The notes under the pieces were generated by a model. It made no database searches. It saw only the letters and a program-made list of their open reading frames with translations, and was not told the origin of the DNA. From a virus, in the IMG/VR virus record IMGVR_UViG_3300043449_001732, positions 19,982-83,981 of that record: a stretch of 64,000 bases of DNA; one strand, written 5' to 3'. The translations under genes were made by a program, and so were the position numbers. Positions 9,813-18,620 of this stretch are shown piece by piece; position 1 is the stretch's first letter, and every line of letters begins with the position of its first letter.

Positions 9813-10031
9813 TCACACAGCCAGGGGTTGTTTTTCAAGCTTATCAAGGCGCTTGCGGACAGCAGCAACATTCCAACGATAGCTATCCCTGGAACGGGTT
9901 TCAGGAAAAGCAGCGTAGTGGGGGCCAAGCTTCAGAGTGCCGTCGTCGCGGTACTGGAAGAGGGTCTTGCGGTCAATACCGAGGAGTTCTTCCACACGTT
10001 GCGCGGAGACCCATCCAGGGTGCTTAGCCAT
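9813..10031 (-). CDS. Excisionase/MerR-like HTH protein
   Basis: WVSAQRVEELLGIDRKTLFQYR...LGPHY...RWNV. Confidence 0.7.
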   Translation of the reverse strand: MAKHPGWVSAQRVEELLGIDRKTLFQYRDDGTLKLGPHYAAFPETRSRDSYRWNVAAVRKRLDKLEKQPLAV

Positions 10032-10166
10032 GGCTCAAGAAGCTGTCTACGCCATAAGCTTATCAGCCGTCAAGAGGCCGTCAACAGCTTTAATAAAGTC
10101 TTTATCTCTTTATTTTCTCTTTGAAAAGTGAGGTGAAATTAAAATAGATTAACAGCACACAAGAGC

Positions 10167-10529
10167 ATGTTCAATTGCGAACAGGAACCCCTCGCCCTGC
10201 TCATTGAATTAACTCCGAAGCTCGCTAAAAAACGTTACCGCCAATCCATATACGATGCCTGGGATTCAAAATGTGCTTATTGCGAAGAAGTTGCTACTTC
10301 CCTAGACCACATAATCCCAAGGTTTAAATCTGGGTCTAGCAATAGAAATAATCTTGTGCCTGCATGTAGCAGGTGCAACACTTCCAAGGCCAGTACTAAG
10401 GTGAATGAGTGGTTTGAAAAACAAGAATTTTTTACACAAGCTAAGATGGATAGAATCAACTCTTGGATTAAGCAAGAACCTATCGACGTTTTTGTTTACC
10501 AGGTAGATACTTTATCGGTGGCGGTTTGA
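10167..10529 (+). CDS. HNH endonuclease
   Basis: CAYC...SLDHIIPR..GSSNRNNLVPACSRCNTSK. Confidence 0.9.
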   Translation: MFNCEQEPLALLIELTPKLAKKRYRQSIYDAWDSKCAYCEEVATSLDHIIPRFKSGSSNRNNLVPACSRCNTSKASTKVNEWFEKQEFFTQAKMDRINSWIKQEPIDVFVYQVDTLSVAV

Positions 10530-10530
10530 C

Positions 10531-13275
10531 ATGGGACTTTCGTATGACCCTGTAGCTAAAAAGTGGAATATAAGCTATGAAAAAGTCGACAACAAAACAG
10601 ATTATCCTACAAACCTGCAAACCAATGCGCCTACAAATTTACCAACCAATTTACCCACCAGCGTAACCAAGCAGGTTTTTGTTACCAAGTCAAGGAATGT
10701 TCCCGCACAGGAAACGTATTCTCAATATGATTCTTGTGCAAGCAGGGATTATAAAGGTGCTTGTCAGCCAGGATTTGTTCAAAGGACAAGAATGGTAACC
10801 AAAACTGAATATTATAGTGAATGGGAAAATCAATATGACGCAGCAATGTCTCAGCAAAATCAAATGATAAATGAAAACAATGCAAAAACAAATGCTCAAA
10901 ATGCAAAAGCAAATGAAATAAATGCAGCCACAAATCAATCAAACATTAAATTAAACAAAGAAAATGCTAATACAAATTTAAATAACACAAAATTAAATCA
11001 AGCATATGACAAAACAATTAGTACCGCCACTGGTACCAAGGGGGGTGATTACGTGCAAATGCGTGATCAAATTCGAAAATTAGATGTAAACGCAACTACA
11101 AAAAGCGCACTAGAAAATTACTACAAAACCTTCTACCAGACTGAAAAACTACAAAAGTGGGACACAGCACTTGGTGCTAAACCTCAATATGGCACCTTTG
11201 ATCCCAACTACTACAAACAACAAAATCCAACAGTTGAGGCTGCGTGGAAGGCTGCTGTAGCCAATGACGACATTGATATCACTCAACGATATGGTGAGAA
11301 CGCTTATTATCTGCAGCACTACACAGCTCAGGGTAAACGGTCTGGTTTAAGGGGCAACGCTCCAGAGCAAACGTCTGCCGCCCAGGCCTATACAGAAAAG
11401 AAGCCTACAGATGCAGACTTGCAACAGGTTAGAAATCTTCAATTAGGCGTGGACACCAATACACAAACTCAACGCTTGCTCAATATCCCTGAGATTGCAG
11501 CTGAGTGGGAAAAGGCTAAAAACGGAGATCCCTACTGGGCACAACAGGCGAAGGATAAGTATCTAAATCCCGACAAGCCGGATGAATTTGCGGCGTTATT
11601 TAGATTGTCTGAGCGTCCAGAAGACAAGCAAGTAAGTTTGCAATACAACGTAAATGCAGGTTATGGCGTAACGGAATTAGAGGACGCAATCAATGAAGCT
11701 GTTGGTGATAAAGCAACAGTGGATGTCAAGCGGTTTGGTGCTTTAACGCAAGACGCCTTAAAAACAACTATTGCTGAAATGAAGAAAGCAAAAGGCAAAG
11801 AGCAAATGCTCAGTCTTTTGGGAGGATTTGGTGGCTTTAGCGAGGTCATGGACATCAATAAGGAGCTCACTAACAGCATCATGGGCGACTCTGGGGTTGG
11901 TGGCATGCTTTCCTTTATGTCAGGAGGCAAAGCCGAGGAGTCCCTGGAGAAAAGCCTTCAAAATATCACAGGCGTAAAGAACAATGTTACGTATAACTGG
12001 CAACAATGGTTTGATGAAACACTTAAGAAAAAATATGAACAAGATTTGGAACTTGGCTACACAACAGGGGAAGCCAAGGAAAACGTAAAGATACAAGCAG
12101 ATTTTGCTCGTAATTTTATTGATAAGTATTTAACACCGCGGTTCAACACCTCCCGTTCAATGGATGAGTTTGTTGAATACTTGGATGTGCGCCAAGAAGA
12201 GCAAAACCCATTCCAGACGCAAGACATCTTAAACGCAACGAATCAAGTTGCAAACTTAAGAGCGCAGATGTATTTGGACCAGTTAAAAGCATCTTCTGAT
12301 CGTTACTTTAACTCAGACTTTTACTTCAATCCAACCGGAGACAAGGCGAGGACTTCCAACTACGCAGAACAAGCAAAAACCGTAGCCTCTGACTGGGAAG
12401 CAGCTAAGAAAGGTAATGCATACTGGGCGCGGCAGGCATATCGTTTTGGCGTGAATATTAATGACAAGGACGCTTTTGCGCGCATGCATTTTCAGGTAAA
12501 GGGCCAGGGGCGTGGCTATGACGGGGCAGAAGACATTCTCAACGCCGGCAAGGTGCAAGATGAGATCTACTCAAAAATTCTTCCGGCTCTTAAAGAAGAA
12601 GCTTTGAAACAAGGCACTGTCTTTGGTCAGTTTGTGACCCCAGAAGAGTTTACCGACGAATTACTGAAGGGCCTGGATCCAGCAGACAAAGAGTCTTGGG
12701 ATGAGGTTCTTAAACGGTACGGTATTACAGACTTCAAGGGCACAATTGATGAGCTCAAAGAGTACGTAACGGAAACACTGCGCACTGGATCAGCGCAAAA
12801 AATTAGGGAAGAATTAAAGTACTTAAACGAAAAGCGCAAGAAACCAACGCAGCAAGTGCTTGGTTTGACTTATATTGAGCGACCCGAAGATTATAAGGAC
12901 CAGCAGGCAAAGCCATCTACCGAGCTGTATAAAACATTTCAATCTGCTGGTTACCAGGGTACAGAGGATGAATTTTATGAAAAGTTTTTCCCTGATCTAG
13001 ACCGCTCTGAGCAAACGTTACTAACGAAAGCAGGCTCTGATTCGGCACTCAAGATACAAGGATTAGACATGAGTGACCCCTTTGCATCCCTTGGAACTAT
13101 TGAAAGTTTCTTTGGTGAAGATTCTTCATCTGAAGAAGGAACTAAGACAACGCGAGATACTGATATGGATAGTTATTTTAAACTGGGATTAGATGACGAC
13201 GAAGATGAAGACTACAAGTCCAAAACAGGTAGTCAGATTCTCGGTGAGTTCACATCTATGTTTAAGGGTCTCTGA
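10531..13275 (+). CDS. Large putative internal virion protein with internal duplication
   Basis: 914 aa; Asn/Gln coiled segment; duplicated WExAKxGxxYWAxQA module. Confidence 0.65.
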   Translation: MGLSYDPVAKKWNISYEKVDNKTDYPTNLQTNAPTNLPTNLPTSVTKQVFVTKSRNVPAQETYSQYDSCASRDYKGACQPGFVQRTRMVTKTEYYSEWENQYDAAMSQQNQMINENNAKTNAQNAKANEINAATNQSNIKLNKENANTNLNNTKLNQAYDKTISTATGTKGGDYVQMRDQIRKLDVNATTKSALENYYKTFYQTEKLQKWDTALGAKPQYGTFDPNYYKQQNPTVEAAWKAAVANDDIDITQRYGENAYYLQHYTAQGKRSGLRGNAPEQTSAAQAYTEKKPTDADLQQVRNLQLGVDTNTQTQRLLNIPEIAAEWEKAKNGDPYWAQQAKDKYLNPDKPDEFAALFRLSERPEDKQVSLQYNVNAGYGVTELEDAINEAVGDKATVDVKRFGALTQDALKTTIAEMKKAKGKEQMLSLLGGFGGFSEVMDINKELTNSIMGDSGVGGMLSFMSGGKAEESLEKSLQNITGVKNNVTYNWQQWFDETLKKKYEQDLELGYTTGEAKENVKIQADFARNFIDKYLTPRFNTSRSMDEFVEYLDVRQEEQNPFQTQDILNATNQVANLRAQMYLDQLKASSDRYFNSDFYFNPTGDKARTSNYAEQAKTVASDWEAAKKGNAYWARQAYRFGVNINDKDAFARMHFQVKGQGRGYDGAEDILNAGKVQDEIYSKILPALKEEALKQGTVFGQFVTPEEFTDELLKGLDPADKESWDEVLKRYGITDFKGTIDELKEYVTETLRTGSAQKIREELKYLNEKRKKPTQQVLGLTYIERPEDYKDQQAKPSTELYKTFQSAGYQGTEDEFYEKFFPDLDRSEQTLLTKAGSDSALKIQGLDMSDPFASLGTIESFFGEDSSSEEGTKTTRDTDMDSYFKLGLDDDEDEDYKSKTGSQILGEFTSMFKGL

Positions 13276-13562
13276 TGTCAGACAAGCATAAAAAGGCAGC
13301 CTCTGCTGCAAACCGCTACCAAAAAGACAAGATGGCTTGCAACAAGCCTCAGCGTGCGCCCAAGGGTGATAAGCATAAGTATGTTGTCAAGGCTTGTCAA
13401 GATGGACGAGAGGGCATTGTGCGTTTTGGTTTGCGTGGATATTCAGATTATCTTTCGCACAAGGACGAGGGAAGGCGTGCTAACTTCAAGGCCAGGCACA
13501 ACTGTTCCGAGAAGAAGGACAAACTGACTCCCGGATGGTGGGCCTGTAATTACAACTGGTAA
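13275..13562 (+). CDS. Small basic phage protein
   Basis: KYVVKAC...IVRFG..GYSDY..HKDEGRRANFKARH.C...W motif common in phages. Confidence 0.7.
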   Translation: MSDKHKKAASAANRYQKDKMACNKPQRAPKGDKHKYVVKACQDGREGIVRFGLRGYSDYLSHKDEGRRANFKARHNCSEKKDKLTPGWWACNYNW

Positions 13563-13567
13563 CAACA

Positions 13568-13693
13568 ATGGCAAAACCAAAGTCCACTGCATTAGTTAAA
13601 ATTGAATCGCGTCCCAAACGCAGCAAACAGGGTGACGGCAAGCACTCCAAACCCAGCCATGGCCGCAAGCTAAGCAGGGGACAGGGCAAGTGA
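13568..13693 (+). CDS. 41-aa basic peptide ending RGQGK
   Basis: MAKPKSTALVKIESRPKRSKQGDGKHSKPSHGRKLSRGQGK, translated by hand. Confidence 0.6.
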   Translation: MAKPKSTALVKIESRPKRSKQGDGKHSKPSHGRKLSRGQGK

Positions 13694-13736
13694 TTTAAAT
13701 TATTGTGTATGATTGGGAGTAACAATAGTTGCTCCC

Positions 13737-14396
13737 ATGTCAGATCTTTCTCGTGCGATTAACTTAATCCGCAAGTACGAAGGCTTTAACGAAAAAGCCT
13801 ACCCAGATCCGATTACGGGCGCAGAACCTTACACAATTGGATACGGAACTCAATTCTATCCAGATGGATCTGCCGTTAGACGCGGGCAGTTCTGCACCAT
13901 GGAAAAAGCACTGGAATATCTATTCAATGAAGTCAGTATTATCGAAACACAGTTAGATAAATTAAACCTTGGCCTTGACAACGTGATGCGTCAGGCGTTG
14001 ATCTCGTTCGTTCATTCGATTGGCTGGGAGCCTTTCCTTTATAGTCACGTAATTGACTGCGTTGAAAACGAAGACTTCTGTGCGGCAACAGAAGAGATGG
14101 GCCAATGGATTTTTGATGCCGACCATCACGTCGTTGGCAACCTCCTAGACCGACGCAGGGAAGAAATCAATTTGTTCCTGGAAGACTTGGATGAACACCC
14201 TTGGCCCTCCAGTGAAATCCTCCTTGGCGCCTTTAGGAATTATTCAGCTTCTCAGCATGAGATCAACGCGATTCGGAAGCTGGAAGAACGGATCAGTCCT
14301 TATATCCTTTCTGAATTTGCCAATGAGTTTTGCAGCGGTAACAACCAATGGTTAGACAATCCTGCAAAGGACTACGATTCCGTCTTTAGCAGCTAG
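13737..14396 (+). CDS. GH24 phage lysozyme
   Basis: IRKYEGFNEKAYPD...YTIGYGT...ALISFVHSIG...W...LLDRRREE. Confidence 0.88.
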   Translation: MSDLSRAINLIRKYEGFNEKAYPDPITGAEPYTIGYGTQFYPDGSAVRRGQFCTMEKALEYLFNEVSIIETQLDKLNLGLDNVMRQALISFVHSIGWEPFLYSHVIDCVENEDFCAATEEMGQWIFDADHHVVGNLLDRRREEINLFLEDLDEHPWPSSEILLGAFRNYSASQHEINAIRKLEERISPYILSEFANEFCSGNNQWLDNPAKDYDSVFSS

Positions 14397-14407
14397 GCTT
14401 AGAATAA

Positions 14408-14722
14408 ATGAAAGAAAGCATGAACAGCCGAATGGAGCGTTCAGTTGAACCACGGGAATTTGAACTTCCCTTAGAGCTTCAGTTCTCCATGCGTAAAGCT
14501 GAGCTTGCTGCTCAAGAAATGACATGGGATGATCTGTACGCAGCCCTGTTGAACCTCTACCATCAACGCCTGATGGAGTGGTATGCGGTCAAAGAGATCA
14601 TGGCGTCTGAAAATATTGAGATTGACTTTGACATCCCCACTGACTTGGAGCTAGCAGAACTCGCCGCCGCATGTGTATACGACGACGAGGATGAGGATGA
14701 AGACGATCTTCAGCCGTTCTGA
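14408..14722 (+). CDS. NblA-like protein with acidic tail (start may be 14432)
   Basis: ELPLELQFSMR...EMTWDDL..ALLNLYHQ resembles NblA LSLEQQF..R...M....L..LY.Q pattern. Confidence 0.5.
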   Translation: MKESMNSRMERSVEPREFELPLELQFSMRKAELAAQEMTWDDLYAALLNLYHQRLMEWYAVKEIMASENIEIDFDIPTDLELAELAAACVYDDEDEDEDDLQPF

Positions 14723-15204
14723 GTTTCGTTGACAGTAATTAGGCGGTCCAAGTACCACTGTGCTTTCTTAAGGTCTTGCACACCGCCTTTGTTTCGCCAG
14801 CGCCACGTGTACTTGACGCAATTACCGCGCAGATAACCCTGGAACTCCTCTGCGGTTAGTTGTGCTTCAATCGCATCGATGCATTCAATAGCGGAATCTG
14901 CGTAGTGAGACGGATGGTTTACCAGATCCTCCTGGACCACAGGAGCAGTTTCTTTTGTTGCCCAGGGAACTGGGCAAACACCATCCTTACACTCAGTCAA
15001 GTCGCTAATTATCGGCGCAAACCACGGCGAAGACGAGACTGTTCCATCAGCTCCTCGTTCGGCTTCCCCAGATCCAGCACTAATGCTTTGGGTTTCGGTG
15101 ATGCTCCCATCTCCAGACCCTGTTCCATTGTTGGAATATAGCCCGTTGCTCCAGGCCGTCCCCCCTCGAGTGCCAAGTTTGTCCGTTCCCTTCCGTCCTG
15201 ACAT
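14710..15204 (-). CDS. DUF3310-family protein (true start probably near 15000)
   Basis: VNHPSHY...IECIDAI...GYLRGNCVKYTWRWRNKGGVQDLKKAQWYL. Confidence 0.85.
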   Translation of the reverse strand: MSGRKGTDKLGTRGGTAWSNGLYSNNGTGSGDGSITETQSISAGSGEAERGADGTVSSSPWFAPIISDLTECKDGVCPVPWATKETAPVVQEDLVNHPSHYADSAIECIDAIEAQLTAEEFQGYLRGNCVKYTWRWRNKGGVQDLKKAQWYLDRLITVNETQNG

Positions 15205-15350
15205 AGGGTTAACCCTCTGTTGTACATATCCATTAAGGGTACATCATTTTCTTCATTGGCGAGAGGTGCGCCAAAATCATCTTCATCAAGACAACGACAC
15301 TGCAGTTCGTCTTGAACAAAGCTATCTAAAAAACCAGCGGCTCCATGCAT
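15009..15350 (-). CDS. Hypothetical protein
   Basis: 113-aa ATG ORF divergent from 15392. Confidence 0.55.
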   Translation of the reverse strand: MHGAAGFLDSFVQDELQCRCLDEDDFGAPLANEENDVPLMDMYNRGLTLCQDGRERTNLALEGGRPGATGYIPTMEQGLEMGASPKPKALVLDLGKPNEELMEQSRLRRGLRR

Positions 15351-15391
15351 GGTAGTATCTGGGCTTGATTTATTCCTACTACAATCATACT

Positions 15392-15766
15392 ATGGCAGAT
15401 TTATTTAACTCTAATTACGATCCTCGCCAGCTATCAGGAACTTCAGGGGCTGAGGTATCAGACTTGCGTCCTGAGCAAGCTTATGACACTGACCTCAGGC
15501 GTGTAGACGCGAGTGAAAGGAGTTCAGCAGAATCTTTAAACGACAATCAAAATCGTGTAGCCAAGTACATGCGTGCTGCCAAAAGCGCAGGCAAGTTTCG
15601 GCAAAGTGCTGGTATTGATGAGCCAAGCATCCGAGGTAAAACGCCACGGTCAGAAGCGTCTATCAATGGGACAGTGCTGCCAAGCCTAGGAGATTCAGGT
15701 GGGCGCTCCGGAAGCACCGGATACGCCCGTAAGCCTCAACCACAGTTCGGCAAACCGTTTGTTTAA
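15392..15766 (+). CDS. Hypothetical protein
   Basis: ATG after TACAAT -10-like element. Confidence 0.55.
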   Translation: MADLFNSNYDPRQLSGTSGAEVSDLRPEQAYDTDLRRVDASERSSAESLNDNQNRVAKYMRAAKSAGKFRQSAGIDEPSIRGKTPRSEASINGTVLPSLGDSGGRSGSTGYARKPQPQFGKPFV

Positions 15767-16350
15767 ACCTGGCTGTACACAACCTCATAGGGTTGATTCT
15801 GGTACTTACCCTTGCGATCTTGATAGCTTGTCTCGCAGGGCTCGCCACGATAAAACAAAAGCTGCGTAATACCTTCGTTGGCGTAGATGCGGTTGAACAA
15901 ACCGGTACAGTTGCTGATCTCAAGTGTCAGGTGACCCTGCCAAGCAGCTTCTGCAGGCGTAATATTCACCAAGATACCCGATCGTGCATACGTAGATTTG
16001 CCGACTGCTACTACGGTCACGTCGCGAGGCAGCTTAATGTGCTCCATTGCCACACCCAAGCAATAGCCATAAGGAGGGAGAAGGAAATACTCGCCCTTCT
16101 CATCTTCTAGTAACTCGGCAGGTTTCAGGATGTTTTCGTCAAAATTTTTAGGGTCACAATCCCCCGCTTGAATTTTGCCAAAAATTAAACATTGCTTGGG
16201 AGACAGGCGAATGTCATACCCGTATGAACTCAGGCCATAGCTCAAAAGCTTCCTGCCCTCCTCTTTGCTGATCAAGCGATCAACAAACGGCGAAATCATG
16301 TCATGCTCTTCGGCAAGTTGTTTGATTTCCCAGTCAGCAAGGACGCTCAT
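15763..16350 (-). CDS. dcd: dCTP deaminase
   Basis: LSYGLSSYGYDIRL...GKSTYARSGILVNITP.E..WQGHLTLEISN...YANEGITQLLF...SYQDRKGKYQNQ. Confidence 0.95.
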   Translation of the reverse strand: MSVLADWEIKQLAEEHDMISPFVDRLISKEEGRKLLSYGLSSYGYDIRLSPKQCLIFGKIQAGDCDPKNFDENILKPAELLEDEKGEYFLLPPYGYCLGVAMEHIKLPRDVTVVAVGKSTYARSGILVNITPAEAAWQGHLTLEISNCTGLFNRIYANEGITQLLFYRGEPCETSYQDRKGKYQNQPYEVVYSQV

Positions 16351-16383
16351 GGTGCTCAGCAATCGTTCTTTAGTATACGGAAC

Positions 16384-16971
16384 CTAAGAAAGGATATGAC
16401 CCTTTTCAGCGTACAAGTCAATAAACTTTTCTACGGCGGCACCAGAGCTGTCCACTGGAGGCAGGTATACAACAAGTGACGTGCACGTAGGTTGTTGCTT
16501 AACTTCATCACCAACGACTTTTAGCAGCTTTGGCGCGGTTCGCAAGATACATATCGGAAAGCTAAAGATTCGTGGGTCGTAACGAATCATGTCAGGGCAG
16601 TTGGTAAAATACAGGCCCTGCTTAATTTCCTTACTGAGCCAGGCATTGTACATGCGTTTAAACCAAACAGCATGTGACGATCTAAGAGTAGGGGAAGACC
16701 CTCGCGTAAACTTCCAGCGTTCGTTTGGTTTGTCCCAGTAATACGTGCCATTAGGTGGGAATAGATAGGCGTTCCCGTGCCATTGCTGGGCATTTAGTCC
16801 GTCATCGCTAGGAGTAAAAAACTGTGTTGCCCCCACATACTCATTTGCAATCTTGGAACTCGCCACATCAAGATCAATGCCACCCATAAGGGCATGTGCT
16901 GAAGCCACCAAGTCTGGGCTTGTGATCAGCTCATTGTTTTCTGTGTAGCCAGGGCGGAATGTTTTCCCCAT
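16384..16971 (-). CDS. Phage N6-adenine DNA methyltransferase-like protein with atypical motif IV (LFPP)
   Basis: IDLDVASS..AN..V.A..FFT..DDGL..QWHGNAYLFPP. Confidence 0.65.
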   Translation of the reverse strand: MGKTFRPGYTENNELITSPDLVASAHALMGGIDLDVASSKIANEYVGATQFFTPSDDGLNAQQWHGNAYLFPPNGTYYWDKPNERWKFTRGSSPTLRSSHAVWFKRMYNAWLSKEIKQGLYFTNCPDMIRYDPRIFSFPICILRTAPKLLKVVGDEVKQQPTCTSLVVYLPPVDSSGAAVEKFIDLYAEKGHILS

Positions 16972-17357
16972 CAGCTCTCTGTAGTTTTCTGGTAATCAAC
17001 TTCAAAGTAACGCATGCCGTCCTTGTCATTAATGATGTAACCAGCTTTTTCTAATGGGTTGATTTTTTGCGCAGCGGCAAGAATGCGCCTAAAGCTTTCG
17101 GCCATGTCCCCATCATTCTCACGTTCGCACTCCTCCTGGGCAGAGTGAATCTCTTTGAGCGTCAAAAAGAACATAGAACGGGATTTGTCCTGGGGCTGGA
17201 ACACCATTACACCAGGACCCTCGGTATCCCAAAATTTGCAATATTGTTGCCCCAAGTCACCAAGAATCAGCTTTATGGTGGCATCAAGCATCTTGGCTTT
17301 TGTATCGTCAGCCTCCAGGCCAATGACTGAAGCAATTAATTTTTCACGACGATTCAT
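16971..17357 (-). CDS. Hypothetical protein
   Basis: 128 aa, coupled overlaps on both sides. Confidence 0.65.
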   Translation of the reverse strand: MNRREKLIASVIGLEADDTKAKMLDATIKLILGDLGQQYCKFWDTEGPGVMVFQPQDKSRSMFFLTLKEIHSAQEECERENDGDMAESFRRILAAAQKINPLEKAGYIINDKDGMRYFEVDYQKTTES

Positions 17358-17812
17358 GGTTTAATCAATCCTTGGCGAGAAAGTGCATCAATAAGCTTGG
17401 GCAAAGGCTTGTAAATTACGACAAGCTTTCCAAGGATGCCACGTTTTTTTACCAGCTTACCCCGTTCGTCACGTAATTTGTCAAATTCCCCTGAACGAAT
17501 GAGGTATTCAGCTACGCAGCGAAGCCTACGTTTCAAAGGCAGCTCAGCAAGCGGAAATTTACCACAAATTGTATCTGGAACCATGTCCTTAAACGCCATG
17601 CGCAAGCGATTGGCAAGTGTCATGTTTGAATTCTCATCTTCTTCTTCATAATTTTTTAAGATCTCCAGGTACCTTCTCAGGCACTTGTCATCAAATGAGC
17701 CTTCGGGTGGCAAGAAGATTGCAACCTGATTAACCAATGACTCCGGCAAAACCTCTACGTGGTTTGCAACCGTTACTTTCTTGATTTCAACATTGGCAAA
17801 GCGGTGTGACAT
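17354..17812 (-). CDS. Hypothetical protein
   Basis: ~152 aa, coupled overlaps. Confidence 0.65.
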   Translation of the reverse strand: MSHRFANVEIKKVTVANHVEVLPESLVNQVAIFLPPEGSFDDKCLRRYLEILKNYEEEDENSNMTLANRLRMAFKDMVPDTICGKFPLAELPLKRRLRCVAEYLIRSGEFDKLRDERGKLVKKRGILGKLVVIYKPLPKLIDALSRQGLIKP

Positions 17813-18228
17813 CACTGAAACTCCTTAAACCGCTCGGGGATTTGGTATAAGCGTGCGTCTTTGCGGAGATCCAGGATATCAACTTTTTTATTCTTGGCAA
17901 ATGCTTGGATCAAATGGTTCCACGGGATACGAATCACCGGTTTTTTCATGTCGCCAGGGGCGATATTCACATAATGAATACCCTCTTCCCACCCTTTGTC
18001 CACATTTTTCTTGCCAACGGTAATCCAGTTTCTAATCGTTTGATCGGATATGTTTAGACGCCTTGCACACTCCTCTGTAGAAATGTATTCATCTGCGTAT
18101 GCCTCTGGATTTAGCATGTCCGTTTCTCCTTTGGAATAACGACTGTGCCATAGGGACGCAAGGATATTTCGAATCCCTTTCAGTTCCCATGCAATGTCTT
18201 CAAGACCTTTCCTAATACCGTGGGTCAT
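17812..18228 (-). CDS. HTH DNA-binding protein
   Basis: YISTEECARRLNISDQTIRNWI...WEEGIHY. Confidence 0.75.
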   Translation of the reverse strand: MTHGIRKGLEDIAWELKGIRNILASLWHSRYSKGETDMLNPEAYADEYISTEECARRLNISDQTIRNWITVGKKNVDKGWEEGIHYVNIAPGDMKKPVIRIPWNHLIQAFAKNKKVDILDLRKDARLYQIPERFKEFQ

Positions 18229-18279
18229 ACGTCAATAATCTTTAAGTAGATGCTAGTGTGTGGAGAAAGCATTTGCATC

Positions 18280-18567
18280 ATGGAAGAGCAGGTAACTCCC
18301 AGTCAGCAACCTATGCCTAGTCAGATTACTGCCGAGCAATTGGCAGAGATGAAAGCAAGGGCTCGCGACATGGCCATACAGCAAACTATTACACAGCAAG
18401 CAGCTGTTCCCCAGCAAAGGCCCCAGGTTGTTTACGTGCGGCGCAATTTGACAGTGGCAGAGTTGTTGGTGGTATTCCTTATTTCATGTGGACTTGTCAC
18501 AGGAGTGCAAGCTGCATGGCACTTCGCCGCAACTACATTGCCTCGCCTTGAAATCAAGGTTAAGTAA
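18280..18567 (+). CDS. Small membrane protein
   Basis: One hydrophobic helix LTVAELLVVFLISCGLVTGVQAAW. Confidence 0.6.
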   Translation: MEEQVTPSQQPMPSQITAEQLAEMKARARDMAIQQTITQQAAVPQQRPQVVYVRRNLTVAELLVVFLISCGLVTGVQAAWHFAATTLPRLEIKVK

Positions 18568-18620
18568 CTGGCTAGGCTCAGAGAAACTATAATTGATTTA
18601 GGAGTACCTGTGCGTATACA

